The notes below the pieces were generated by a model, which worked only from the letters and a program-made list of their open reading frames with translations, had not been told where the DNA came from and ran no database searches. From Podarcis bocagei (taxonomy: Eukaryota): a DNA stretch of 64,000 nucleotides. Below are positions 25,520 through 39,295 of this stretch, piece after piece. The stretch is taken from NCBI GenBank assembly GCA_964188305.1, contig OZ076895.1; one strand, given 5' to 3'. How positions within the stretch are numbered: position 1 is the stretch's first letter; every line of letters begins with the position of its first letter. A program made the translations under genes and the position numbers.

Positions 25520-25900
25520 TCTGCTATATGAGAGGGCGTACCTGATCTAGCTTTTCAGTGCTATTCATTATTTTTATGCCCCTCTTATGTCTCCTCACTA
25601 ATCTAAACAGCCCTAATCTTTTCAGTCTCACCTCTTCCAGGACTCCTTCCATGCCCCTAATCATTTTCATTGCCTGTTTCTGACATTCCATTTCTGAGTT
25701 CTCTTTACTTTTGGCAGAGAGAAGGAAGGAACACCAGGTTGCCTGGACCTGAAAACTGTATTCCTGGTAAGGGCGTAGCAATGATTTATGCAGAGGTGCT
25801 CTAGCATTTATGGTATTGCTTTTGCTTCCGTTGTCTAATGTTTGGTTTCATTCTCCTTGGCTATTGGAATGGAAATTTTCATTATGCAGTCCACAATGAC
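25520..25900 (-). mobile_element. Degraded CR1 ORF2 C-terminal fragment
   Basis: QKQAMKMIRGMEG...EVRLKRLGLFRL..R..RG resembles the CR1 segment QRRATKMIRGLE...ERLKRLGLFSLEKRRLRG. Confidence 0.7.
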
Positions 25901-28900
25901 ATCCAGTCTAGATCACACAAACACACCTAAGCACTTGCGAGAAATGAGCAGACAATGCACAATTATTTAGGTTAGCCCAGGCTAGGGGAGTTTGGGAGGA
26001 ATTCCAGAAGGACCTAAGAAAGTTAGATAATTGGGTGCTACAATGGCGGATTTAATTCGCTGTTGGCTTATGAAATGTAATGTGTGTCCAAAGGAATTTG
26101 AATTATTCATCCACTTTACAACCCAATACTGCTCCTGTAGCATTCCACCTTCTTATCTCCCTTTCCGGCATTCTCAGGTCTCGTAGCATTAGTGGAAACA
26201 GAGCTAACCCTTTGCTATTGCTTAGCAACAACTCACTGCTAAGCCCCCGAGCTGCTGTTTTCCTTTATTTATAACTGGCCAGGAAGATGATGGCAGAACA
26301 TTGCTCATCCGCAGAAGCCATTCTGAGGCTTCACAAATAAGCTTGGAGGTGTGCAGCAGTCCACAGAGCCTCATCAGAGGGAAAGGAGGGCATAAAGCTG
26401 GGTTTGAACCTCCTGCTGCCACTGGAAGAGCATTCCAAAGCCCTCTTTTGACTGGAATCGGGCAGTGGTATCTCTCCACCCAAACTGCTGACCTTCATTG
26501 GTGTCCTGCCAGCTGCTGCCTGTGGAGTGTTGTGCAGGTGGCATAGAAACTCCATTGGCAAGGCCCCACTAGTAACAGCCAATGGAAAGCAACACAACAG
26601 GGTTTTCCAGGGACAAGAAGGGGGCTGGACTGTGCTGACTCAGGATCTGCTGAATGATGAAATGGCCCTGCTGCCATCATATGGCAGGCCCAGTTTAGGT
26701 CTGATCAGTGTGTCAACTCTAGGCTTGCACAGAAATCTGCCCGCCTCATCCACCCTGTCCCCCACCATGTATGATAGAGCTGTGGATGTGGTGGTGCCCC
26801 CTTGTTGGGGTGAGGGAGGTTTTAGGATTGATTCCTAAATACATTAAAAGTCTGAATTTTCCTGGCACAGGGTAACTTGGTGACAATACGGGTTTGACCT
26901 CACATGCACTTGCTGGCAGAGTAGTGTTTCCAATAGTGATACCAGTTTACTGTTTGATTCCTCTACCCTAGCTGCATACTAATAATGGTCACAATAGGGG
27001 CAGTAGTGGTCAGTTGCATCCCCTGTGGTCAGTTGCTTCACAGCCGCTTACCTAGAGGTAGAAGGGGAGGAGCCAAGCAGTAGCGTGGGTGGTGTGGTGC
27101 AAATGCACTGATATAACCAATCATTCGCCCCTGCCAGTGGATTTGACCTTGCCAACCTTGCCACCACCTCCCCCTCTACCTCTTAGAAAGCAGAAGTTGC
27201 ACAACTAGCCAGAGATCATGTGAGTGGCATTGCCCCCACCATGGTATTCGCTACTGATCAGTGGAGGTTTGATTTCATGGTGTTTGTTTCATATAAGTGT
27301 GGAGGAGACCACCCATAACAATTACGTTCTTAGCTTAAGGTCCTCGGGTTTATGTGGTCTCATGGTTGTTGTTTGCTATGGCTATGAAACTTCATGATTA
27401 TCAGTCTTCTCTTGAGTTCATGGCAGTGATCTGAATGACCTTGTATTTGCTGTTCCAGCCCTCTACAACATGCATACTTCCATCTCTTTACATCAGTTGA
27501 TGGTCAGGTAAATTCTTGGCGATATGTTGGCAAAGTAGTACCTACAACCCACTCGCCGGAATGCAATCCACTAGCCAGGCCAGCGCCAGGTGCTTGAAAA
27601 TCCTCCAGCATACCATAGCAAAAAATAAGTGGGTTGTCAAGCATCTGGTTGGCCATAAAATATTTCTGGGTGGACTATGTTCAGTTTGGTGAGTCATAAG
27701 TTGTATTTGGTGGATCACAGCTTATGTTGCTTGATCTAAAGACAGCAAGGCATTGCTAGATTAGTTCGTGTGTGGAGGTGATGGTGGGATACATAAGGCA
27801 GAAAAAGCAGCAAACTGCCAATCAAAAGAAACTTCACGACTATCAAAAGTCTTTTGCTGTCAGCTCTCTGTAAAACTTGAGAATGATAGCCTAGACACCG
27901 GTACTTAAAAGGGAAGTTACTTAAAAGGGAAGTCTGTAAAATACCCCTGATGAGAAGCCACACTTCAAATATGCTAGGAGGACTAAAAAAATAAAAATAT
28001 TGCAAGGACTTCAGGGAAAAACATGGTTCATGGGGGATCTTTTCCCTTTTAGGTATCAATAGATGGACACAAGGTCAGGAAGCCAAAAGCAAGTCTATTT
28101 TTTTATTTTTTTAAATCAACACAATAGAGAGTCTGTTAAGAAAGTTGTGTTCGGTCGTGATCTAGCTATCAGACTGTCTCTGGGGTGCACAGAGCAGTGG
28201 GGAGAGTGACATTAGCAAGAGAAGAGAATTTGACAATGGGATGCATGCAAGCACTGTAGCAAGATTATGGTTAGACTAGCAGATCAGGAGTGGAGAGGTA
28301 GTCAACATGGTATCCTCCAGTTGTTGTTAGACTACAGCTGCTGTCATCTCAACATTTGGTTGTGTTGGCTGAGGCTTATGGGAGCTGTGGTTCAACAACA
28401 TCTGGAGGGTATTATGCTGCTTAACCCTGCAACAGAGTACAGGAGACCCATCAGTATAGCCATAGTTTGCTAGATGCCTAGGGCAAAATGGAACCAATTG
28501 ACCCTTGAAGTTATTTAAGGCATGGAGACAACTCACATATGGGGTTAATCTTGGCCAAGACTGCCCTGGGGGCATTTGCTAAGCTTAATTGATGTATACC
28601 ATTAACAAACTGATAGTCTATTGGTGTGTGTATACAGAGGGGGGCAGGAGAATGGCATAAAAGCACCAAAAATAACTGCTTTGCCAGATTAAATCAGTAG
28701 TGCACCCAGCTCAGTAATCTGCATACTAAAAATGGTCAATCGGTCATACACTTACCAGGCTGTTGCTTCAGTTTCCATGCTGGAGGACTTGTGCACTTCA
28801 CTTCAAACACAACATTTCATGTGTGGTAGAAGCATGCAATAGCCCAGTTGGGATTATTCTGTTCCATCAAAAAGGAGGGCTGAAGATCACACAGAACCAT

Positions 28901-28929
28901 AGACTCATAGGAGTTGTAAGAAATCAATC

Positions 28930-29215
28930 TTTTTAGTGTGGCAGCACTTGTACTTTGGAACTCCCTGCCTATTGACATTAGTCAAGCGCCCTGACTGAAC
29001 TCTTTCTAGCATCCGCTTAAAACCTTATTGTTTAGGCAAGACATGTAGAAATTATGTGCATGTTAATCTGTTTTAGCATATTGTTGATTTTAATTAGTCT
29101 TGAGTGTTCTAAAAATACCTGTTTTAACTATATTCTAATGATAATTGCAATGTTTGTTTTGTAAACCACTTTGTGGTTTTATTGCAGTCAACTGGTGCCT
29201 GAATTTTGTTACATT
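28930..29215 (+). mobile_element. Old L2 3' fragment
   Basis: TTTAGTGTGGCAGCAC...TGGAACTCCCTGCC corresponds to FSVAAP.LWNSLP. A similar piece lies at ~40232-40340. Confidence 0.55.
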
Positions 29216-29574
29216 AAAAAAAATAAGATACGTCCTATAGTCCAACTCTCTCCCTGGTGCAAGATTTGCAATGCAGGAATACAACAACAGTATCCTTAAC
29301 AGATGGCTGTCCATCTGTAAATAGGAATCAAGCAGCCACTGCAGAGCATCCGCTCTGCTGTTTTCTTCGTATTTGTGCTTGTGGAGAAGAGTCCATACAT
29401 GATCTCTTCTGGCCTGTTGTCTGAGGATCTGCAGGAGCCAAATACTAATTTAGATCTCGCTGAATCCAGTCTTTAACACATAGAATGGCCTCCAAAACTG
29501 TGAAGAGTAAGTATCAGGTATAAAATGATTTGGGACTGGAGGAAAGGATTTGAGTTTTGATTCTGTCCTTCAAG

Positions 29575-29606
<32 letters not shown>
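29575..29606. repeat. (GC)n(CA)n microsatellite
   Basis: Directly visible. Confidence 0.9.
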
Positions 29607-32600
29607 AATTACCAAGGCTGGAAACAGCAGGCAGGCAGCAGCAATGTCAGTGCAGTGCTGGAGTTCATCTCAAATGTTCCCTAACACATTTCTTCAAGTT
29701 CCCTGGAAAATTGTACCTCTCAGTTAGGTGCCTTTCTAGTTCTGGAGGAATCACCTAAGCTAAGCCATGCCTGCTGCAAAGCATTTGATATATGGCAGCA
29801 GATATGCTAAGTCCTCCAAAAGTGCAAAGATTTATAACCATGTTTAACTTTGACTTCAGTGGCAAGATCATAGTACACAAAGAGACTATTTATGAGGTAC
29901 TAACTTAAACATCAAAATAAAGAAGTGGGGGGGGTGTTAAGGAAATGGAGGAAAATACTTGTCAGTGCCTGCAGAGTGTGGGATATTTTCAAAATGCAAA
30001 GCTCAATGCAATTAAATGAATAATGTCATAAATACCAGTTCCTTCCAGGATCATGGAGCACTGCAGTTCATAGATATTTAGACTGCAATTCTATGCACAC
30101 AGGCCTGTGTGAACACAGTGGGAGTTACTTCTGAGTAAACATGCAATCGTAAAACACATTACACACTTACATAAACACTTATAAACTTCCAGATGTTTTG
30201 CTAATAATGCAAACTTGTATCCAGATCAATCCACATTGCACTACAGTTTAGTGCTATGCTGAAAAATTATCCTGTCTGCTCTCCCCCAACCATTCTCCAT
30301 CAGTTAATGAGAGATCCTATTGCATTCAACAATAATCAAAAGGGATAGAAGATTTTTTTGAAATTCTAATAGATGGGTTGCAGGGTTTGTTTAGGAGGGG
30401 GCTTGTACTTGCCTTTCTTTTGGGGTGGCCAAAGCATGGTTGCAAGTGTCCTTTTATTCTACAAATCATCCCATCAGCATCTGCAGCATTCTCACTGGCC
30501 TGCTCCCCAAGTAAAGCCCAAGGGAAGACACCACAACCCATGACGTAACTGCTCAGTTTGGGCTTTCTCAGTTCAGGAAGTGCAGGCAGCCAAGGAGGTT
30601 GCAGGACACTGGGAGGGGGGGAGGAATTACAGGAAACACCATAAACACATGCCCAACGCTTGGCCATCTTGCAAGAATAAGGTAAGCTTAAAACCACACC
30701 TCCAACACAATTCCTACCCCCAAAAAAATTCAGCTGCCCTGAGACTATGGCAGAAATATGGATGCTTCTTGTTACAGAGGAGGGAGGGACTCTTGAGAAA
30801 TTAAAGAGCATATTTCAGTGCAGCCCTACCACAACTGGTCCCAGCCTCAAATAGATCTGAATGCATTGCACCCCAGAGAAATTGATATTTGCTGAAGCTT
30901 CTGATGGTTTTCCAGTGCCAGAGTGATAACAGGTTGACTCTCACCTGCCATGCTGCACAACAGCAGTTGCGTCAACGTTTAAATAAGGAAGTGAACAGTG
31001 ATTGATTTTGACACTGATGGATAAAAACCTCAGCATTCTCAAGGTAGATAAGTGGTACAGATCTTCATGTGAATTTTATCTTCATGTGGGTAGAAAACTC
31101 TGGAAAAGGAAAAGAAAAACCCCACACACATGAGCAGCAAGGCTAAGAATAGCACCAAATAAACATTCAGGACAATACATAATTCCAAACCTGCTCATGG
31201 GATGTGTTGATTAAGCTAATTTGCATATTAATTCAGGAGAGAAAACATCAGCTCTTTTCTTGGGATAAATATACACAGCTGAAGCACCAAGGCAAGGCAC
31301 TGACTGGTTTATTTGCTTTCAGCTTTGTTTCTTCAGCAACAGCAAAATCTTACCATTGCAGGAAAAACACCTTTTACTATCTCGGGGGCAATTGAGATTG
31401 CCTGCAATGTGCAAACAACTGGGAACTGCTATGGCTGGATTTGAGAGGAAAGATGCCATTCGTTAATTACATTTGAAGTATGGCTATACTCATCCATGAG
31501 AAAAGTTTTGGGAGTAAATCCCAAGGAAATATCTGTTCCCGCTGCCTTGTGGGACATCTTTAGGAGAAGAAAAGGCTAAAGAGTCAACCTTACACAAATC
31601 TGGTGTGGAGTCCCTAAGACCGTTGGATGGTGCCTTGTACACCTCTTTCTAGCAACTCCCGCAGCCAAGCTGGTGCCAAACATGTTGCTCTGCTTTTCTT
31701 TGGACTACATATGTGAGGCCAAGAGGTGGGTAGCCCAAGCCTGGGCAGGCCAGGACCTCCATTCACATGGCCCAGGCTTGTGTGCTGGAGAGATCACTTC
31801 AGTGCTGCTAATGCAGCAAAAACAACATGGGAGGCAGCAGTTATGACTTACCATCTCTGCAGCCACAGCAGGCGCTGTGATTCTCCAGTGGTTGACTTCA
31901 CTCCCAGAGCTGTACTCCATTGTCTTTTGAGACAGATGGATGCCAACAATCCTCCCTTTTCTCCAGGGAGCTCAAGTGGGCATGCAGTGTTCTTCCCCTC
32001 CCTTTATCCTCACAAAAACCCTGATGCCCTGCCCAACCCACAGCCAGCCAAGGAAGATACATGTCACTCAGCCATGACACAAAAAGCATCACTACAAATA
32101 GCATATAAACCAGCATGTGTAAGACAAGCAACATTTCCAGCACACATTCAGAACACATGGAGGGATTCCATAAATAGCTTATTTACAAGAGGGAGCTGCT
32201 TCTGTAGGTCTCTGACATTAATAGTGCAAAACAAAACATTATAAGAAAGGGGGTGCAGCTCTCATGGGACAGGCTAAACTCCTGCAAGAGTGCAAATTGT
32301 TTTCACTCTCAAAAAATGATCTTTCTGCAGTTAAAAAAAATCAGCACACAGTTATGAGACTGACTTCTGGCACAATGCAAAGTGCTCACTTGGAGACAAA
32401 ATATAAATCCACAGATGCACACAGGGGAAGGAGATAAGGGAGAATGGAAATTATAAGGTAACATTTATGATTTATGGGGAAATCTTCATTTTACTGCTAA
32501 TCATAATGGACTCCTGCTGCTTATAACCTTATTGTAATCAAAGGGGTCTATTCATTTCTCACACAGTTATGTGCACATAACTCTTATTAGCTTCAGTGCA

Positions 32601-33428
32601 AGCTATGCTCTCGCTGTGAGGGGCAGAGAGGTCCCATACAATTAAATCATTTGCTGTAGCTGCATTGTAAATGATTAGAGTGGCTTGTAGCATTATAATT
32701 ATAGATAACAATATACAGTTTTAATTTAAAATAAGATTTGCAGCAGTGGCCCGGTGGCTTCACGCTAAGGGGGAGGAAAGGACTAATATTGTCAAGAGGT
32801 TACATTCAGACCAAAGTGTGAGTTGGTCTAGGATCTATTTATTCCATCATTAGCACCTTCCTGCAGTAGACCTGCTCAGCCTATAGAAGGAGGTTTCTTG
32901 AACCAGCATACTGAGATCCAGCAGGTGGCTGCTTTCGTTTCACGGATGGGATGCGGGAGAAATTCAGTCAGTTCACCAATCCAATTCACACTACCCAAAC
33001 CAATGCCTGAAGTGAATGGCTGCCATCCTTCAAAATATACACTTCTCCAAATTTTGCTATGCAGTTCTCCAACCAAAAAAATGTGTACAAAAGCACATAT
33101 ATGCACAAAAAGTGTGCACAAAAATGAATATAGCTCTATCTTCAACACGTACCTGCCAAAGTGGCCAAAAAGCCAATTAAGCTGTTTCTTCTTCAGCACC
33201 CATCTGAAGTACTTCTTCCCTTGCCAACACAATGGAGTAGGAAAAGAAGAAACCTTCATGATAACAAGACAATTGATCATTACTGTTGACATTGATGGAA
33301 ACCTACTCTCCAAGGTTCCAGGCAGGGATCTTTCCCAGCCTTACCTGGAGATGTCAGGGACTAAACCTGGGATATTTTGAATATGGATCATGAGGTCTGC
33401 CACTGGGCTATGGCCCTTCCCCTTAGAC

Positions 33429-33931
33429 CAGGGGTCTGCAACCCGTGGCTCTGGAGCCGCATGTGGCTCTTTTACACCTTTGCCGCGGCTCCAGGGTGGA
33501 TATTAGCGAGGGGAGGAGGCGCATTGTGCACCCCGACACTCCCCACTGTGGCGGGCGCTGTACTGGCTGTGACGTCGCATGGGGGTGGTGCGTGCATTAG
33601 TCACGCACCATCCCGATGTCACCTTCCCGCCCGCTCGTCCGCCCGCTACATTGTAAGGGGCATGTACGCTGGTCACTGCATTGAAAGGGGGTATGTACGC
33701 TGATCACTGTTTTGAAGGGGAGTGAAGAACACACACACACACAAAGGTAATTTGTTAATTTAACGTTTATTTCTATGAGGAGGAGTAATTCTGGGGGCTC
33801 AAACAAAGAAATAATAATAAAAAGTGACAAAAAGTTATTTTTATAATGATGAGTTTTGTGGCTCCCAGGTTTTTTTTCCTTTGGAAACGGGTCCAAGTGG
33901 CTCTTTTTGTCTTAAAGGTTGCAGACCCCTG
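33429..33931. mobile_element. Non-autonomous hAT (Charlie-like) MITE, 503 bp
   Basis: Perfect 15-bp TIRs CAGGGGTCTGCAACC/GGTTGCAGACCCCTG. Perfect 8-bp TSD CCTTAGAC at 33421-33428 and 33932-33939. Confidence 0.95.
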
Positions 33932-34972
33932 CCTTAGACAAAAAGAAACACTGCACTACCAAGTCAATCTCAGCATGAGTCAACATTCCTACAAGGCATC
34001 ATGCAAGGCTACCTGTTAATCTTACAGTAGAAGGTGGGGTGGGTGCTGGCAAACACCAAAGAAGGTGGGGATTAGGCACAGTGGGTTTAAATATCTGCAC
34101 TTGGCTTAACCTTTCTCCATCAATATGATATGTGTCCGCACATCATGTCAGGGATTTCCTGGCTCCGCCTGCAATCCCATCCCTGCTTGGACCTGTGCCA
34201 GGCCAAGAGGAGGAACAGTGTTGTGAGTAAGGCTTCATCTTTACTGAGAGAGTGATCAGTTGTTAGTGACCCACCAATAAGTTCTGCAATGCAGTATGGA
34301 GTTGCTGTTACTGATTCCCCATCAACACCAAACAAAGCATTTCACACTCACTCATTGGCTGTGTGAAGGTGGTGCTATGAAGATAGCTCATTGCAAGAGA
34401 GTATTGCGATGACATGTCAAAAGTAAAATAGCCCTACATATTTCATCACCTTGTCACAAGTAAAATAGCCCTATATATTTCAGTACCTTGGACAGCAAAC
34501 ACTATGGTAGGAAGATGGAAGGAACATTCTTTGAGATTGGAACTGCAGAGCTCTCACTATGGAATTGCTATGCTCTCACTTTAGCCACTGAGAAAAGAGT
34601 TACTATGGGAGAATGCTGTACCACTATAAATTCTGTAGTGACAATGAAGCAATGTGGGCTAACCAAGATCACCATCTAACTTGTGGAAGATTAAGATGCA
34701 CCTAGAGCATGCAGCCCTGAAAAATGCTTCATTCTGAAATGTCCCCAGAGGTGTCTGCTTTTCATGTCCCCTCTGAACCCAGCCTTGGTAGTCTACACAT
34801 TGCTAGTCCTTCTGCCCATAATACCTGTGACATTCATTCTGATGGTCCAAAAAACAGAACAACCAGTGCTGCTTAATTCTGCAAAAATTCTCTAGAATGA
34901 AGAGGTGACTCACACCCATCACGTTTTACTGAGCTCTTTTACAGACCTCTCTTACACTGAGTGATTGAGGTA

Positions 34973-35212
34973 CAGTGGTACCTCGGGTTACATATGCTTC
35001 AGGTTACAGACGCTTCAGGTTACAGACTCCTCTAACCCAGAAATAGTACCTCGGGTTAAGAACTTTGCTTCAAGATGAGAACAGAAATCGCATGGCAGCA
35101 GTGCAGCGGCAGCAGGAGGCCCCATTAGCTAAAGTTAGCTAAGGTTAATAACAGTTTCAGGTTAAGAACAGACCTCCGGAATGAATTAAGTTCTTAACCC
35201 GAGGTACCACTG
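34973..35212. mobile_element. Tc1/mariner (pogo/Tigger-like) MITE, 240 bp
   Basis: TIRs CAGTGGTACCTCGGGTTA/TAACCCGAGGTACCACTG, with TA on both sides. Confidence 0.93.
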
Positions 35213-37512
35213 TACTGGAAAGTCCCTCTTAAAGATTCCCTCTTCCATCTCACAAAGTCACGGATGCTAGGGGTTCTGGAAGAGTCCGATTATTAAATGC
35301 GCTCCAGACTGTTGTGTAAATATGCCCCACAAGTCTGTGATTTCCATGAGTGCAATGTGTATTAAACAGACATTATTTTGCAGCAAGTCACTGGTGCAGA
35401 AAAACCCATAATTTGACAGAGCTGTCAAGTGTGTTGAGGACTACTGTACCTTAATGTTGTATTAACTAACATTATTCAGTCACTTCGGCCAAAGTGACTC
35501 TTGAAATACATGGTTAGAGTAAGTGTTTAGCATTCAGTACAAGTTCTGGCAAGGTGTAAATGGCCAGGAATATATAGATTTGCTTGCTTCACGAAATTCT
35601 TTTCCTCTGCTATGAGTTGGCTGCCTGCATGTAATTAAGGAAGATGGCAAAATGTGACACAGTTATTTGCTCCACAGTCACTCACCATCTCTTTGCCTCT
35701 CTCTCTCTCTTTTTGGCAAGCTGAATTAATGTAAAAATGTTATAATTTTGAAGGTAATCATACCATTACTTATCTCACCATAATGCAGATGAATTCTGTG
35801 CTTGTGTCATTTCTAATCTGGAAATCTTTCCTTCCTTCTTTACAAATTTAATGAATAAATAAATAAGAATAACTTTCTTTCTTTCTTTCTCTCTCACCCA
35901 CTCATAGGACTCGAGACAAGTTATAAAATATTAGCACACATTCAGTAACATCTGCTTAGCCAATTGCAGGCTATACACCTTCATGCATATATGTTGACGC
36001 AGAAACTGTCACCGCCACCAGACATTGCTTGTTTACTGCATCCACTTGAAACATCTAAACAGGCTTTGGAGCCTTCCATTGGCTTGACTGAAAGACCTCA
36101 ACTTCAGACCCCCCCACTCCTCAAACTCTTCCCATTCTAGCTGGTTGTTACAGGAACTGTGCAGCTAATAACTAGTGTTTGCGTTTGCCTTTCTCCCTCC
36201 TCCTTTCCCAACCCCTTTCCTCTTGTGTTGTGCATTTTAGATTGTAAGTCTGAGGGTAGGTACTGTCTAATTACTGATGTGTATATGCCACTCTGAGAGT
36301 CTTTTTTTCAGCTGGTGAATGGGGTGAAAATGCTGTAATAATTTTTTAAAAATTAAAAATGGTCCTTGGAGGAAGCTACAATGAAAACATAAAATACAAT
36401 AACATCAACAGAACAAGGCAATTGTGAGGAGTGAAATCCAGAGCAAAACAGAACAATGACCAACAGCTTAAAAGGTAATTTTTTTAAAAAAAGAAAAAAG
36501 AAAAACCTTAGATTTTTTTTACAAAAATGTTTTTAGCTGGCACCAAAAAACAAACAAACAAAGGAATAAAGATAGCCTTGGTTGAACCACTCTGAAAAGA
36601 AAATACCACAATAAACTATTTCTGGTGACCTCAGCTAGTGAGGGGGGGTTAATTCAGCTGGGAAGAGGGTTTCAGATCTTAATAGCCAGATAGGCTCATA
36701 TAGCTTGTCCCGACCTTCTTTATTAACAAACATGATTCCAACAACAGTTTTCCCCTTTGAACAATGGAATATCATGTATCCCGTGCTCAGATCTGAACAC
36801 TGCCTGGTGCTGATTTCCAGTAGATGTTGTAGGTCTTTAAGTCTGCATCTGCTTTAACCATAATATCAGGTTAGGAAACTTGCTGCCAGCAGTATACATC
36901 TTTCATAGCTGGCTGATTTAATCTTTGATGTATTGTCATCAGTTTACCATATCTCTGGTTGTTGTGAATAAGAAGCATTGGTGACTCAGACGCCTAAGGC
37001 CATCACATGTTTCTGAATAGGCAGTATGATGTGACTTCAGTTAAAAAGCTGAAAAGAAAGGTGTTGGATTAATAGAGCTGTGTAACCTGATGATCTTGGT
37101 GGAATAATACCGAGAAGACAAAAGTGCATTTCCACCCATACCCCAGTTTACTAATGTTTTGTCCACCTGCTCAAAGGAAATTAATACAATTACCTGCTGG
37201 TATCAGTACATCTCAACCAAAGAATATAATTTTTATCTCAGCATCTTAAGGAACCACCTGCTATTTCAGTCAAAAGGGAGGTAAGCCCTTGACTTGGCCC
37301 TAGTCATGCTTATTTTGACAATTATGCAGGTGCTGGTTTTCTTTACATTTAATCCGCACTCTGGGGAGTCCTTCCTGTTGCAGTTGCTACAGTTTTCAGC
37401 ACTAGAAACAAAAGGAAGGGCCTAATCCCATAATCATTCTGGCTCTGAGTAGTACTTAAGGCATGCTAAAAATATATATCCTGGAGATGCAGTAGTCATA
37501 AACATTTTTTAT

Positions 37513-37562
37513 GGGTTAGCGGAGTCTGTAACCTGAAGCATCTGTAATCCGAGGTACCACTG
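37513..37562 (-). mobile_element. Solo end of the same Tc1/mariner MITE family
   Basis: Reverse-complement match to the left end of the 34973 element, ending GAGGTACCACTG followed by TA. Confidence 0.75.
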
Positions 37563-38099
37563 TATTCTTTGAGGAAGCCATCACTGCTAAAGCAGTATAA
37601 GACTGAGGCACATTTGTAGTGCAGAAATGTCCATGGAGTGGAGGGGGTCTAAAAGAAATCTGCTGTGATCCAACTAAGGCAATGAATATTCAGAAGCCAT
37701 GCACATCAGTTGGTACTATGCATACAATTCTGGGCAGCATCAACTTCTGAGTTGCATGTTTGGGTCTCATCTCTAGATCAAAAGCTGCAACATAGCCCTG
37801 ATTAAATGATCAGAGAAGCCAGCATCAATAGGCTCAATAGTACCAGTTATTTGGGCAGAGAACACCAACATGAAAATACCTTTTTGAATCTTGATCTCAA
37901 ACATGATACATCTGCAAAGTGAAATTCCAATGTCATGCAAATCTGTGCAACCAGAAACTGGTCTCATACTGTGCCTGCCCCTGATGCTCTGCCCTGACAC
38001 TCAGAATCTCATAGCTGAACTATGGCATTTGTTCCCACAAGAGAAAGTGGTGGCCTCCAACTTGGGTGGCTTTAAAAGATTAGGCAAATTCCTGGAGGA

Positions 38100-38448
38100 T
38101 ACACGGGTGGCGCTGTGGGTTAAACCACAGAGCCTAGGACTTGCCGATCAGAAGGCGGGCAGTTCGAATCCCGTGACGGGGTGAGCTCCCGTTGCTCGGT
38201 CCCTGCTTCTGCCAACCTAGCAGTTTGAAAGCACATCAAAGTGCAAGTAGAAAAATAGGTACTGCTCCGGCGGGAAGGTAAACGGCGTTTCCGTGCGCTG
38301 CTCTGGTTCGCCAGAAGTGGCTTAGTCATGCTGGCCACATGACCTGGAAGCTGTATGCCGGCTCCCTCGGCCAATAAAGATGAGCACCGCAACCCCAGAG
38401 TCGGCCACGACTGGACCTAATGGTCAGGGGTCTCTTTACCTTTACCTT
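38100..38448 (+). mobile_element. Sauria SINE (Squam1) nested in a CR1 3' fragment
   Basis: Head GGGTGGCGCTGTGG, B-box AGTTCGAATCC, tail TTTACCTTTACCTT. Confidence 0.92.
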
Positions 38449-39218
38449 AAGGCTACCAATGCCTTCTATCCACAATGCCTATGTCCTACCTCCACTGTCA
38501 GAGGCAATATGCCTTTGGGGACTTGTTCGTGACGATCAGATCAGTCACTTACATTGCTGTGTTTTACATGTGTACTTAAAAGTAAATTCCACCTAGATCA
38601 ATGACAGTTCCTTCCATGCAAGTAAGAGACACTCTGGGGCTGGAACTGGGACTTGAACTGGGAACGTTGCAGTGTGAGACTGGAACCTATCCTAGTCTGC
38701 TTTCGAGGATAGAGGTGTCATGAACATTCAGACCAAGGTGAGGCTAGTGTTGAGCCAAACTATTCAGTCCAGACTCTCTTTTTTTGTGGGGGAGGAAATA
38801 ATTGGCTAATGGCAAGCAACCATGATGAATATGTTCTTTCTTCACTGTTGGAGGCTGTATGCCAGGTCCTGTTTGTGGGATTCCCATAGGCATCTGGTTG
38901 CCCACTATGAGAAGAGGATGCTGGACTAGGAGGGTCCCTGGCCTGATCCTGCAGGGCTCTTCTTATGTAACTGCTAATGCCTCTTTCTTGCCTAGATGGA
39001 TCTTCGGTCAGTGACCATAATAAATCAATTCATTCATTCATTCATTGCCTAGATGGATAGGAAGTGTAGGACTTTGTATATTTGTGTTTGCATAGAAACA
39101 TCTGTCATTTGCATGGCTGGAATATAACCTACTGGTTACGTTTACCCTTGCCCACCACTGGAAAATAGATCTCCTAGAAGGTTGTCCATGAGGATTGAAA
39201 AATATTCCCCATCCCATA

Positions 39219-39262
39219 AATAGATAAATGATAGATGATAGATAGATAGATGATAGATAGAT

Positions 39263-39294
<32 letters not shown>
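39219..39294. repeat. (GATA)n microsatellite
   Basis: Directly visible. Confidence 0.95.

Positions 39295-39295
<1 letters not shown>

Noticed and set aside
30326-33380. ORFs of 145-172 aa (30326-30811, 31726-32244, 32876-33380)
   Set aside because: No recognisable domain, and they partly overlap decayed repeats; expected by chance.
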